DNA of 64,000 nucleotides from Escherichia phage 241. Below are positions 38,753 through 47,785 of the stretch, piece by piece. Under the pieces are notes generated by a model that searched no databases, was not told the origin of the DNA, and saw only the letters and a program-made list of their open reading frames with translations. The position numbers and the translations under genes were made by a program. The DNA lies in the sequence record OR924452; one strand, written 5' to 3'. Each line of letters starts with the position of its first letter. Positions within the stretch are counted from its first letter, which is position 1.

Positions 38753-38975
38753 AAATTTATCTCAGGTAATGACCGACTGCAACCGCCGGAATTATTGTGA
38801 TGAAGCGTATACCAAATTGAAAACTGCTGTTGAAACCGAGCTGGCAGGTCTTTCCGTTTTCAAAGATATTCAGACCGAAGCGCTATATCTGTCGGATGAA
38901 GATTTAAGGCGTTGCCCCCGCAAGATTTACCAATTACTGGATCGTTTGGTGAAAGTGGGGGTGAATAATGGGTAA
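38724..38975 (+). CDS. hypothetical protein (83 aa)
   Basis: ORF overlapping neighbours by short junctions. Confidence 0.4.
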   Translation: MSKEIQEAFENLSQVMTDCNRRNYCDEAYTKLKTAVETELAGLSVFKDIQTEALYLSDEDLRRCPRKIYQLLDRLVKVGVNNG

Positions 38976-39693
38976 TCGTGAAGGGATTAAACTCACACCA
39001 GAACTTCTGAAGTCACATATTGCTGAAGTGATTTATGAAGACCGTGAAGTTGGTGGTCACCGCGTCATTACATGCCATTTCAAGATGGACAATGGGTTCG
39101 TTGTGTGGGGTAAGAATAGTTCCACATCGGTAGACCCTGCCAACTTCGATGAAGAAATAGGCAAGCAGCTGGCCTATGAAAAGACCTTTTCTCAACTGTG
39201 GGAACTGGAAGCATATCGCGCGATGGTAGAAAAGCAGATCATCGATGTGTCTGCCGAAGATGCTAAGATCAACATTGATGAATATGTGTCAGAAAGGGAA
39301 GCGATACATGAGATGGGTGGTTCTGAATTTCTTAAGGGTAAAGGACAATCCATCGTGTTTCGTCATCCCAAAGATCCAAGTCGGGGATTTCGCGTTGAAT
39401 TTGTTCGCACCGATAATGAACGTTATAACGAACGACGCAATGGTGAGGCACGATCTTTGGTGGAAGCGTATCTTCGCTCGTTCATGACTTCTGAAGATCT
39501 AAATTCTGAACTTGTCCTGCGTTTGGCGAAAACGTGTAATGCTGCTTCAGGGGATTATCCGTGGTGTGACCTGTCAGAAGACAAACGCCAAGCAGCCTGT
39601 GATCGTGTTAAGAAATTCTTGTTAGATCCAAAAGCCCAACCTGGCGATTCCGTAGGGGCACTGTATAGAGCCATTGTGGTGTCCTACTTGTAA
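38968..39693 (+). CDS. protein with N-terminal N4-gp49 / Sf6-gp66-like domain
   Basis: VITCHFKMDNGFVVWGKNSSTSVDPANFDEEIGKQLAYEKTFSQLWELEAY resembles the phage gp49/gp66 family signature. Confidence 0.5.
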   Translation: MGNREGIKLTPELLKSHIAEVIYEDREVGGHRVITCHFKMDNGFVVWGKNSSTSVDPANFDEEIGKQLAYEKTFSQLWELEAYRAMVEKQIIDVSAEDAKINIDEYVSEREAIHEMGGSEFLKGKGQSIVFRHPKDPSRGFRVEFVRTDNERYNERRNGEARSLVEAYLRSFMTSEDLNSELVLRLAKTCNAASGDYPWCDLSEDKRQAACDRVKKFLLDPKAQPGDSVGALYRAIVVSYL

Positions 39694-39960
39694 TTCTTCA
39701 AAAGTCTTTCAAAATCAATAACGTCCGGCAAAATGCTGGGCGTTTCAATTAATAAGCCAAGGTATAATGGCCCAACTGAAAACGCGGGGGAATTTCTTTG
39801 TCCAAGCCATTCATTCGTTCCGGAGTTGATTCTCTAGACTCCCAGTTTAAGCCGAGCGAAGTTTTAATCCAACAAATTGAAACCAATCGTGAATTCATAG
39901 AACACATGTTGGCAAAGCCGGAAGGTGAAGCCGCTCAAACCACCAAAGAAGGTAATAACG

Positions 39961-42177
39961 ATGATTGAATCATTAACATTTAAAAATGCGGTAGCAACCG
40001 TCGCGCCGTCTAACCATGTAATCGTTGTGGATATCTCCGGTTCCATGTACCGTTCACTTCCTGAAGTTCGCAAGCATCTGAAGGAAAATCTCCCGTCTCT
40101 GGTTAAACCAGAAGATACCGTCAGCATTCTTTACTTTTCATCCCGTGGTGATTTCGGTACGGTATTCGCTGGCCGTCAGATCAATAGCGCGACCGATCTC
40201 AGTGAAATCAATAAACTGATTGACCGCTTCCTGCAACCGTCCGGTTGTACGGGATTTGTAGAACCTCTGAAGTTGGCTGCTGAAACCGCGTTGAGCCTGA
40301 ACAAACCTGGTTATGTCAATAACCTGGCGTTCATGACCGACGGCTATGACAACTGCTGGCGCTCGAATGAAATTCTGGCAGCAGCTGAAGTACTGCCCAA
40401 GGCGTTCGATAATATTACATTCATCGAATATGGCTGGTACTGTAACCGCGAACTTCTGGCCCTGATGTCCGAGCGTTCTGGCGCGACTCACGTGTTTGCC
40501 GAAGGTCAGACTGAATATCAGACCGAACTGGAAAACGTACTGAAATCATCTACGCCGAAAGTGGTTGTTGATGTTCCCCTGGTTTACACTCATGCCATTT
40601 ACGTTGAAAACGGCGTGGCAACTGTGCTAGCCGTACAACCCGATGAAGAACACCCGATTGGCCACGTCAGCATCCCTGAAAGCGTTTCTCAGCTGTGGGT
40701 TGTAAACCCTGACATGATCGACCAGCTGGATAATCTGGCAGACACCCAGGCGGCATACGTGCTGGCATTCTATGGCGTGTACACCATGGACGCCGATCTG
40801 GTCTGGGCCGCGCTGAAGAAGACGGGTGACGTCCGCTTCATCAAACAATACAGCAACTGTTTCACCAAGCAGGACTATTCCAACATCAAAGTCGATCTGA
40901 CCCAGGCTATCGTGGATGAAACTCTGCGCGGCGTAGATGGCATCGATTACAATATGGTTCCAGCTGAAGATGCAACGACCATTGTTGATGTCTTGACCTA
41001 CCTGGCCGAAGCCGATGTCTCTGTTGTCACTAAGCATCCGCTGTTCTCTTACAACAGCATCGGTCGCGGTACTGTGCAGAAAGTTGATGACACTGAAGAC
41101 AAGCTGGCTGAACAAATCGCCGAAGCCAAAACCAAAGCAGAGCGTAAAGCGCTGGCTCTCAAACTGGCTGAGCACGAAGATTGGACGCCGGAATTTACTC
41201 CGGTTGATGACAAAGGGATTGTCCCAATTAGCAATCTGGTCTACAATTCAGAGCGCCCTAACATCAGCATTCAGACCGTTCAGCATGGGACGGTTGTTGT
41301 GCCGGAGTTCGTACAGAAGAAATATGAACTCCCTGAAGAACTGGGAACCTGGCGTTATCGTAATTACACCATCGTCAAAGATGGAATCATCAACCTGAAG
41401 ACGATGCCGATTACTGCCGAATCTCCGATTGTCCGAGCTAAGGTTGTCCAAGATTTGATCGCCATGGGCGTTAATGTATTTGGTGGACCGGAAATCTTCA
41501 TCGTTAATTTAGAAAGTGTTCCGATGGTCAACCGCGCCATGACCAAGAACATCAGTGCTGCCGAATTCTTCGCTGACAACGTTCGTCGCGAAGCGCTGAA
41601 GGCAAAACAGAAAGTTCTGAAATTCTATCGTGATGAACTGGTTGGCAAAGGCAATGCAACTGGTCTGGCTTCTAAATATGGTAAAGAAGCCGCCGATTTC
41701 TTGTCGGCAAATGGCATTCGCGACTACGGGTTCTCGCCGAAAACTACTTCTGTGGAATCAACCGATGTCTACATGAGCCGTGAGCTGAATGTGAAAATCA
41801 AAGGTGCTTCGTCGCTGCCGAGCATTGCGTCAGTTATCAAAAAGCAAGCAGATGGTAAAAAACTGAATGTCGCTGATCAGTTGATTGCCAATGCTCTGGC
41901 CGAATACGACGCTTTTGTTAAATCTCCAATGATCACCAGCGTACCTGAAGAGACTCAGAAAAAGCTGATTGAAAGCTGGATCGGAGACGCAGCAAAAGCG
42001 GCCATTAACGAAGTCCGCGCCCTGAACAAAACGCTGTCTAAAGTCGTTTACGGCATCGTCGCTGGTCATGGTTGGTTCACTGATTTGGATCTGGAAGAGT
42101 CTACGATGGATGTAGAAGTTGATGGGGTGAAATACACCGTCACTGCCGAACTGGCCGAAAAAGAAATCAAAATCTAA
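39961..42177 (+). CDS. von Willebrand factor type A (vWA) domain protein with long C-terminal extension
   Basis: MIDAS motif VVDISGSM (DxSxS) and downstream MTDGYDN; ATG 39961 preferred over upstream GTG 39925. Confidence 0.65.
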   Translation: MIESLTFKNAVATVAPSNHVIVVDISGSMYRSLPEVRKHLKENLPSLVKPEDTVSILYFSSRGDFGTVFAGRQINSATDLSEINKLIDRFLQPSGCTGFVEPLKLAAETALSLNKPGYVNNLAFMTDGYDNCWRSNEILAAAEVLPKAFDNITFIEYGWYCNRELLALMSERSGATHVFAEGQTEYQTELENVLKSSTPKVVVDVPLVYTHAIYVENGVATVLAVQPDEEHPIGHVSIPESVSQLWVVNPDMIDQLDNLADTQAAYVLAFYGVYTMDADLVWAALKKTGDVRFIKQYSNCFTKQDYSNIKVDLTQAIVDETLRGVDGIDYNMVPAEDATTIVDVLTYLAEADVSVVTKHPLFSYNSIGRGTVQKVDDTEDKLAEQIAEAKTKAERKALALKLAEHEDWTPEFTPVDDKGIVPISNLVYNSERPNISIQTVQHGTVVVPEFVQKKYELPEELGTWRYRNYTIVKDGIINLKTMPITAESPIVRAKVVQDLIAMGVNVFGGPEIFIVNLESVPMVNRAMTKNISAAEFFADNVRREALKAKQKVLKFYRDELVGKGNATGLASKYGKEAADFLSANGIRDYGFSPKTTSVESTDVYMSRELNVKIKGASSLPSIASVIKKQADGKKLNVADQLIANALAEYDAFVKSPMITSVPEETQKKLIESWIGDAAKAAINEVRALNKTLSKVVYGIVAGHGWFTDLDLEESTMDVEVDGVKYTVTAELAEKEIKI

Positions 42178-42183
42178 ATCTAA

Positions 42184-42210
42184 TTGGCGGGGAAACCCGC
42201 CTTTACTTTC
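42184..42210 (+). terminator. hairpin terminator
   Basis: GGCGGG-GAAA-CCCGCC hairpin followed by TTTACTTTC. Confidence 0.5.
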
Positions 42211-42215
42211 AGGAA

Positions 42216-42533
42216 ATGAATATGAGCAACAAACCGACTTATGTTGATGTCATGCGCGATTTGGCCCAATACGCATGTGACAACCTGAACATGGAAACTT
42301 GGCGCAACGGCGATCATAAAGAAAAGTTCGATAATATCGACGACAACATCGATGCGTTGGCTCCTCTTCGGGCCAAGAGCGATCTCGGCGGTGATGATCT
42401 TGACATGATTGAACTCATCATGGAAGTTGAAGAACAATATGATGTTGAAATCAGTGATGACTGGGTAGGCAAACATGGTGATGATCCCACGCTCGGCGAA
42501 TTAGCTGAATTGGTAGTTGCCCTCCGCAAATAG
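42216..42533 (+). CDS. acyl-carrier-protein-like protein with Asp in place of the phosphopantetheine-attachment Ser
   Basis: LGGDDLDMIELIMEVEEQYDVEISDD resembles ACP LGADSLDTVELVMALEEEF...IPDE but has DDL instead of DSL; start may be 42222. Confidence 0.5.
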   Translation: MNMSNKPTYVDVMRDLAQYACDNLNMETWRNGDHKEKFDNIDDNIDALAPLRAKSDLGGDDLDMIELIMEVEEQYDVEISDDWVGKHGDDPTLGELAELVVALRK

Positions 42534-42537
42534 CAGA

Positions 42538-42566
42538 AGTCCCCAACAAACCGTTGGGGATTTTTA
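42538..42566 (+). terminator. rho-independent terminator
   Basis: CCCCAAC-AAACC-GTTGGGG hairpin followed by ATTTTTACTTTT. Confidence 0.65.
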
Positions 42567-42655
42567 CTTTTAGGGGGTTTACTCTAGAGAAAGGATACCC
42601 TATTATCCAATAACACCAAACGTCGGGTTTGGTATTTGAAATGAAGGAATATAAT
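42556..42655 (+). repeat. direct repeat copy A (promoter plus 5' leader), about 100 bp
   Basis: GGGGATTTTTACTTTTAGGGG..TTTAC...CCTATTAT..CAATAAC shared with copy B. Confidence 0.6.
42577..42606 (+). promoter_or_regulatory. sigma70-like early promoter (-35 GTTTAC, -10 TATTAT)
   Basis: GTTTAC, 17-18 nt spacer, TATTAT; within repeat copy A. Confidence 0.45.
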
Positions 42656-42874
42656 ATGGCTATCTCACAAACCGTTGACCTCAAACCGTTTCATCTTAAC
42701 AACTTACCAAACGTGAAACTGGTACTATACAAAGATCCCTCAAATTTTTGTTGGGTGGCCAGTTGTGACACACATAACAACCGCCGTGCTGTTTGGGACT
42801 TCCCTCCAACAGACGAAGGGCGTGTTGAGGCCATCCGAAAACTAGAATTTGAAAATCTAAAACGGACAGCCTGA
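42656..42874 (+). CDS. hypothetical protein (73 aa)
   Basis: ATG 42656 with GAAATGAAGGAATATAAT-ATG context. Confidence 0.45.
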   Translation: MAISQTVDLKPFHLNNLPNVKLVLYKDPSNFCWVASCDTHNNRRAVWDFPPTDEGRVEAIRKLEFENLKRTA

Positions 42875-42892
42875 GATACCAAATAACAGAAA

Positions 42893-42925
42893 TCCCCAAT
42901 AATTTATTGGGGATTTTTACTTTTA
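42893..42925 (+). terminator. rho-independent terminator
   Basis: CCCCAAT-AATTT-ATTGGGG hairpin followed by ATTTTTACTTTT. Confidence 0.6.
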
Positions 42926-43003
42926 GGGGTTTACTTCTTCTAACGAATATCCTATTATTCAATAACTGGCTAACGTGGGGTTGGCTAGAAAAGGAGATAC
43001 AAA
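42909..43003 (+). repeat. direct repeat copy B (promoter plus 5' leader)
   Basis: Imperfect copy of 42556-42655. Confidence 0.6.
42929..42958 (+). promoter_or_regulatory. sigma70-like early promoter (-35 GTTTAC, -10 TATTAT)
   Basis: Within repeat copy B. Confidence 0.45.
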
Positions 43004-43243
43004 ATGAAACTACCAGGTCATATTGAAGTTTATATGCGGTTATACAAAGAAGGTAACGCCGCTGCTAAAGAACTACACGAACTGATTTTGTCATATGGCG
43101 TTAAGTCTGTTACAGAAGTAAAGAACAACAAAATAGACGGCGAATATGTGTCAATCAATGGGCGTGGTCTGAAAACCAACCCAACATATTTTGTGGGTGT
43201 CCATTTAGACACAGGGAAAGAAGTCGTGGAGATCGTGGCATAA
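43004..43243 (+). CDS. hypothetical protein (79 aa)
   Basis: ORF with AAAGGAGA RBS. Confidence 0.5.
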   Translation: MKLPGHIEVYMRLYKEGNAAAKELHELILSYGVKSVTEVKNNKIDGEYVSINGRGLKTNPTYFVGVHLDTGKEVVEIVA

Positions 43244-43482
43244 TGTCTAATAAGAAAGTTGAAACGACGGTAGAAATTGATCGTAATTGGGGATTACTCC
43301 GCGCTAAAGGTTTTCGTCGCGTTTATATGACCAAGGAAGTTTATGTTCAGCGTCGTGACGTTATTATCAGCAAGAAAGGTAAAGACTGGGTTGCCGAAGA
43401 AGTTGATGTTGAGACTGGCGTCGTCGGCAAGGTGAAGGCCAAGGCCGCGATCCTCTTCGCTCTTCTGAAGCATATCAATTAA
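43243..43482 (+). CDS. hypothetical protein (79 aa)
   Basis: ATG overlaps previous stop (TAATG). Confidence 0.45.
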   Translation: MSNKKVETTVEIDRNWGLLRAKGFRRVYMTKEVYVQRRDVIISKKGKDWVAEEVDVETGVVGKVKAKAAILFALLKHIN

Positions 43483-43493
43483 TTCTATAATTT

Positions 43494-43522
43494 ACGGCGG
43501 GGTATGATTATCCCGCCTATTT
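43494..43522 (+). terminator. rho-independent terminator
   Basis: GGCGGG-loop-CCCGCC hairpin followed by TATTTG. Confidence 0.5.
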
Positions 43523-43542
43523 GAAATTGCAGGAACTATATC

Positions 43543-43821
43543 ATGACAGATCAAAGAAGTATTGCTCGTTCGGAAATCAAAGATATTATACAGAGCAAGA
43601 CCAACGAAACTCATGTTCAATCCAGAATGCTATCTCGATTTGTTGAAATTAAGTTCGACATTGAAGAGAATAACAATCGGAGAGCGCTGGAGGGGATGTT
43701 GGCGATTATCTTGCGCCACGTCACCGATTCAACATATGATATGGATGATTTAACTCGTTTGTTGAACGCCCAGAATATCGTTGGGACTTCTGTTCGTGAA
43801 TTGCTGTTTAAGTCTGAATGA
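43543..43821 (+). CDS. hypothetical protein (92 aa)
   Basis: CAGGAACTATATC-ATG initiation context. Confidence 0.45.
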   Translation: MTDQRSIARSEIKDIIQSKTNETHVQSRMLSRFVEIKFDIEENNNRRALEGMLAIILRHVTDSTYDMDDLTRLLNAQNIVGTSVRELLFKSE

Positions 43822-43858
43822 ACTAACTAAGGGATAACCATATATCCCGAGGTGTGTC

Positions 43859-44308
43859 ATGTTTCTTACATCCTTTATTGACTGGATGAATATCATAAAT
43901 GGCCTGAGGATTCCTGTTGGGAATCTCGGGCTTTCTCGTTCTTCTATGCCGCAAATCGATGCAGACAAACAAGAAGATTTTCACAAATATCTTGAAGATA
44001 ATGGCGTGTCCATAGATGCCGCACAAGTGCCCATCAAAATGCTTCGTCTTACCCAGAATGAAATCAATAAAATGAAGGTCTGGAAGATCATGAAGCAAAT
44101 CAGAAATAAGAAACCCATGGGTCGAGTTTGGGTGTCTTCTGACAATTACGTTGTTGACGGTTCTCACCGATTTGTCGCTGCGTTGAACATGGATGGTAAA
44201 CAGCGAATGAAGGTCTACAAAGTTGATTTGCCTGCGATGGAATTCGTAAAACTCGCCAAACAATTTCAGGGTGTGCGGTACAGAACGGTCAGCGATACCC
44301 GTTTCTGA
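43859..44308 (+). CDS. ParB-like nuclease domain protein
   Basis: VVDGSHRFVAALNMDGKQRMKVYKV matches the ParB/Srx DGxHR signature. Confidence 0.5.
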   Translation: MFLTSFIDWMNIINGLRIPVGNLGLSRSSMPQIDADKQEDFHKYLEDNGVSIDAAQVPIKMLRLTQNEINKMKVWKIMKQIRNKKPMGRVWVSSDNYVVDGSHRFVAALNMDGKQRMKVYKVDLPAMEFVKLAKQFQGVRYRTVSDTRF

Positions 44309-44387
44309 ATACGATAGTTTATTGAAACCCTTTACTCAACATGGTGAGCCGACTATCATTTTATCCAATGAAATAAGGAGAATCACC

Positions 44388-45077
44388 ATGAAACGTTTAA
44401 TCATCGGGGTTGTGCTGGCTGGTCTGGCACTTCCTGCCACCGCCAAGCTGAACTCCACAGGTGAAAAACTGTGGTCTGATCTTTCCTACTGTGCTGGGTT
44501 CTCCCAGGCGGTCGCTATCGACAAGTCCGGTTCCATAGAGAATTTTGCTGAACTTTGGAACACGGGTAACGTCTCCACTGCTGTTGTTAATGCTGGGATT
44601 GAGTTCAACCGTTACAAACAGGGAGCCTACAACTTGAAAGGCTACCTGAATGACGATGAATTTAACCGAGGAGGCATGGAGGCTGGCGATCTCATCATGA
44701 CTGGCCGTATGGGTACACAAGGCCGTATGACTGTAAGGCAATGCCGTTCTCTCCCCTCTCCGGCATTACAGAAGGGTGTGCAAATCGGGCGTCGACATCT
44801 GGATCTGATTAATGATGGCAACCAATGCATCAAGGTGTTTGAATATAGTGCCGACCAAGAATCAGATCGACGTTTGAAAAAGGAATGGCGGACACGTGCC
44901 CTTGGATTGAGAGCATGGCTGGTGGAAAATGATCATTATTATGAAGACCGTGTTCAGAATGGTTTGAAAGATCTTTCCACTAATTTGTCTGTCAATCTTG
45001 ATGATCCCAGGCTTGCCCGTGAACTCAAGCAAACAAGAATTGACTGTGATAATATGATGAAGGAGAACGAAAGATGA
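44388..45077 (+). CDS. secreted/periplasmic protein (signal peptide)
   Basis: MKRLIIGVVLAGLALPATA signal peptide; AAGGAG RBS; ATG 44388 inside ORF 44271-45077. Confidence 0.5.
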   Translation: MKRLIIGVVLAGLALPATAKLNSTGEKLWSDLSYCAGFSQAVAIDKSGSIENFAELWNTGNVSTAVVNAGIEFNRYKQGAYNLKGYLNDDEFNRGGMEAGDLIMTGRMGTQGRMTVRQCRSLPSPALQKGVQIGRRHLDLINDGNQCIKVFEYSADQESDRRLKKEWRTRALGLRAWLVENDHYYEDRVQNGLKDLSTNLSVNLDDPRLARELKQTRIDCDNMMKENER

Positions 45078-45394
45078 GAAACATAATATTCTTGTTATTC
45101 TTTTCTATGTTGGCATCATTCCAAGTTGTGGCAACTCCGGCTAGCAAATTGAATATGTGTGCGGCGTGGTTGTCTACTTATCAACAATTTCACCCTGATG
45201 ATAAAGATACATCCATCCTTTTATCAGATTATGAAGGTGAGTTGAAACGCCTTGATCTCTACAGCGTGGATCAAATAGAGAATGCTTTGGATTTGCCAAT
45301 GATGGAGTCCGCTGCCGACAATAGCAAACAGACGATCAAAGATCTGACTATGTGTCGGGAAATAGCGACTAATTTCGTTGGAAATCAAAGATAA
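45074..45394 (+). CDS. small secreted protein (signal peptide)
   Basis: MRNIIFLLFFSMLASFQVVA signal peptide; overlaps previous gene by 4 nt. Confidence 0.5.
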   Translation: MRNIIFLLFFSMLASFQVVATPASKLNMCAAWLSTYQQFHPDDKDTSILLSDYEGELKRLDLYSVDQIENALDLPMMESAADNSKQTIKDLTMCREIATNFVGNQR

Positions 45395-45441
45395 TTTTCA
45401 GGTTAAAATTTAACTTCCATTGAACTGAAAGGAAATACTTC

Positions 45442-46251
45442 GTGATGATTATTACCAAAAAGATCGCCGAATCGATCATTGAAAAGAATAAGATGTTCGC
45501 GCCCAACAAAGCAAAGGTCATTCTGATTCACGAAGACGGGCGCGTCATCTTCGCTGAAAAGTTCGAGCAGGGTTGTGCTTTCTGGTTCGCAGACACTATG
45601 CGCGAAAGTAAGCTGCAGGGCATCATCTATAAACTGACTCTGGTTGCCAAGCGCAATGATCAGGGTGATTGGGTTACGGTCTGCGATTTTAGCTCTAAGG
45701 TTGAAACTAAACCCAAAACCCGCCAAGAAAGGATTTTAGAGGCTCAGGAAAAACTTCGAGTCGCTCGCACATCATCCGCGGAGAAGCCGGAAATCAAACC
45801 AGCCGTTATGCCTGTCACCAATAATCCGCTCCCACCTGTGGGTCAAAAGGCTTTCGAACAATATGTTGAAAAGAGAAGAGAAGAATCCATGAAGCCTCCG
45901 GTAGAAAATAATGATGAGTCCGAATTTATTTCAATACGACAGTTGTGTCCGCAAGAACAACGCTATTCTTCTCCAAATGATTTATTTGTGTCATTCCGAT
46001 GCAACGGAAAGATCATATTGTGTAAAACTCTGCGTGAACAACTACCATGGCCGAACATCAATATGATGGTAAGCCGGAATTTTAAACGATTTGCTATTAG
46101 TGAAGGGAACGATTATCCCGTAAACAAGAGCGGAACGTATGCCAACAAACATATGTCTAGTAAGTTGTCTTTCCCTAACGATTCTGGCACTATTCGTGTT
46201 CGTTTAGAATGGGATGAAACCCTGAACATGTATGTTGGTGATATAAAGTAA
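45442..46251 (+). CDS. hypothetical protein (269 aa)
   Basis: ORF with GAAAGGAAA RBS. Confidence 0.5.
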   Translation: MMIITKKIAESIIEKNKMFAPNKAKVILIHEDGRVIFAEKFEQGCAFWFADTMRESKLQGIIYKLTLVAKRNDQGDWVTVCDFSSKVETKPKTRQERILEAQEKLRVARTSSAEKPEIKPAVMPVTNNPLPPVGQKAFEQYVEKRREESMKPPVENNDESEFISIRQLCPQEQRYSSPNDLFVSFRCNGKIILCKTLREQLPWPNINMMVSRNFKRFAISEGNDYPVNKSGTYANKHMSSKLSFPNDSGTIRVRLEWDETLNMYVGDIK

Positions 46252-46308
46252 TTCAATAACAATCGGGCGGTTATTATTAAACCGCCTTTTATTTGAGAGA
46301 TCTATATT

Positions 46309-46980
46309 ATGGACAAATCTTATCCTATCATCCTTGGCGCAGACCAAGGAAACCTTCGATTCTCAGAACCTTGTTATATTGCTTATGCCCGTGTTGGTGG
46401 GGACAAATACGTGTATTGCCAACATGACTGTGGGCGTGGTACAGGCATCCTTCATTACACGATGAATGACACGACGATGGTCTCTTTGAAGCCAGAAGAC
46501 GTTGTGTTGGCGAGGCGGGTTTACATCGACTTCAACGCGATGCACAATAATGAAATTGACGCACGTTATCATGCCATGAAATGTATGGAAGGTCATGGGA
46601 TTATCTATCGTATTGATCACTTCGATGATTTCACTCAATCGATTGATTGGTTTGTTTCTGACAAAGTGATGGGCGAACGGATTGTTACGACTTCTTGGGC
46701 GCATGCAGAACAACTCAGGGTTTCCACTGATGCTTACGGAGAAGTAGACGCGTTGTGTCATAAATTCCGCATTTCGGTGGATTGTAACGAAGACCTGGGT
46801 GAAGAGATCCAATGGACTGCCGAATCACCACATTTTCGCGGACTTGAGATGCGTTCCGAAAGCCGTTCCCGCGCCGTCGTTCAATTAGTCCTGTGGGCGT
46901 TCTACCAGCGTACCCCGTTCTCTTACATGGGGCAGAAAGGAATTGATGAACTACTTAAATCCCACTCGGTGGAGGTGTAA
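46309..46980 (+). CDS. hypothetical protein (223 aa)
   Basis: ORF; no family recognised. Confidence 0.5.
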   Translation: MDKSYPIILGADQGNLRFSEPCYIAYARVGGDKYVYCQHDCGRGTGILHYTMNDTTMVSLKPEDVVLARRVYIDFNAMHNNEIDARYHAMKCMEGHGIIYRIDHFDDFTQSIDWFVSDKVMGERIVTTSWAHAEQLRVSTDAYGEVDALCHKFRISVDCNEDLGEEIQWTAESPHFRGLEMRSESRSRAVVQLVLWAFYQRTPFSYMGQKGIDELLKSHSVEV

Positions 46981-46981
46981 T

Positions 46982-47269
46982 ATGTCCGGTGTATGGTGTG
47001 ATGTATTATTAGTGAGATTTTCAAACGGGATGGATAATCAGATCATTTCATTCTTTTATCCTGTTCCCTTTTCTTCTATGGGTCTGACTGTCAAGCGCGT
47101 TCTTGACATAGAAGAAAAACTCAACGCCATGCCGTATATGGCGCGACCACACGTGCTGGGTTGTGAACTGTTAAACGAAATGATGATTGACGAGAATCTT
47201 GTTGAAACAATTATCACGCGTGAACAGATGAAAACCATACTGTCTCAGGGAGAACCCCATGTCGAATAA
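46982..47269 (+). CDS. hypothetical protein (95 aa)
   Basis: ATG 46982 directly after previous stop. Confidence 0.4.
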   Translation: MSGVWCDVLLVRFSNGMDNQIISFFYPVPFSSMGLTVKRVLDIEEKLNAMPYMARPHVLGCELLNEMMIDENLVETIITREQMKTILSQGEPHVE

Positions 47270-47579
47270 ACCGTTTGAACTTAAATTTCGCGTTTGGCAT
47301 ATTCCCCAGGTTCCTGGGATCGCTTTTCATGTTGAGGTTCCAACATTTGAAGAAGCGCAGCGCCTGAAGAATACTCTGGCTGATTACGACCTGTTTCAGT
47401 ATAACAATAACATCAAGCCGGATTATTGTAATGCTTCCGGCGTTCAAATATACCAACATGATCTGACTGAAGAAGATCTAAATGATATGGGTCTGGATGA
47501 TCGTTGGGTTGATATCGAAGATATTGACGAACTCAACGATTATTTTGATCATCTGCGTAGCACAGGGTGGGAAATATGA
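47259..47579 (+). CDS. hypothetical acidic protein (106 aa)
   Basis: ORF overlapping neighbours. Confidence 0.45.
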   Translation: MSNKPFELKFRVWHIPQVPGIAFHVEVPTFEEAQRLKNTLADYDLFQYNNNIKPDYCNASGVQIYQHDLTEEDLNDMGLDDRWVDIEDIDELNDYFDHLRSTGWEI

Positions 47580-47785
47580 TCGGGTTAATCCGTTATCTGT
47601 TCATATTCGTAATTTCAACATTCATTTTATTTTTCTTTTTCAAATACTTGAAAGAGACTAAAATCTACCGAAGTAAACGTTGGCGCAAACGGGTGAGGGT
47701 AACTTTCCTGCTGCTGATTTCTTCGGTTACAATAACCGCACTCACATTGGGTGCATATATCTACATTTTTGAAGGGATACATTGA
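47567..47785 (+). CDS. small membrane protein (two predicted TM helices)
   Basis: Hydrophobic segments IGLIRYLFIFVISTFILFFFF and VTFLLLISSVTITALTLGAYIYIF. Confidence 0.4.
   Translation: MGNMIGLIRYLFIFVISTFILFFFFKYLKETKIYRSKRWRKRVRVTFLLLISSVTITALTLGAYIYIFEGIH

Noticed and set aside
39694-39960. 267-bp gap before the vWA gene as a possible RNA gene
   Set aside because: Contains only a 33-codon ORF and a TATAAT-like hexamer; no tRNA-like cloverleaf or conserved structure could be recognised by eye
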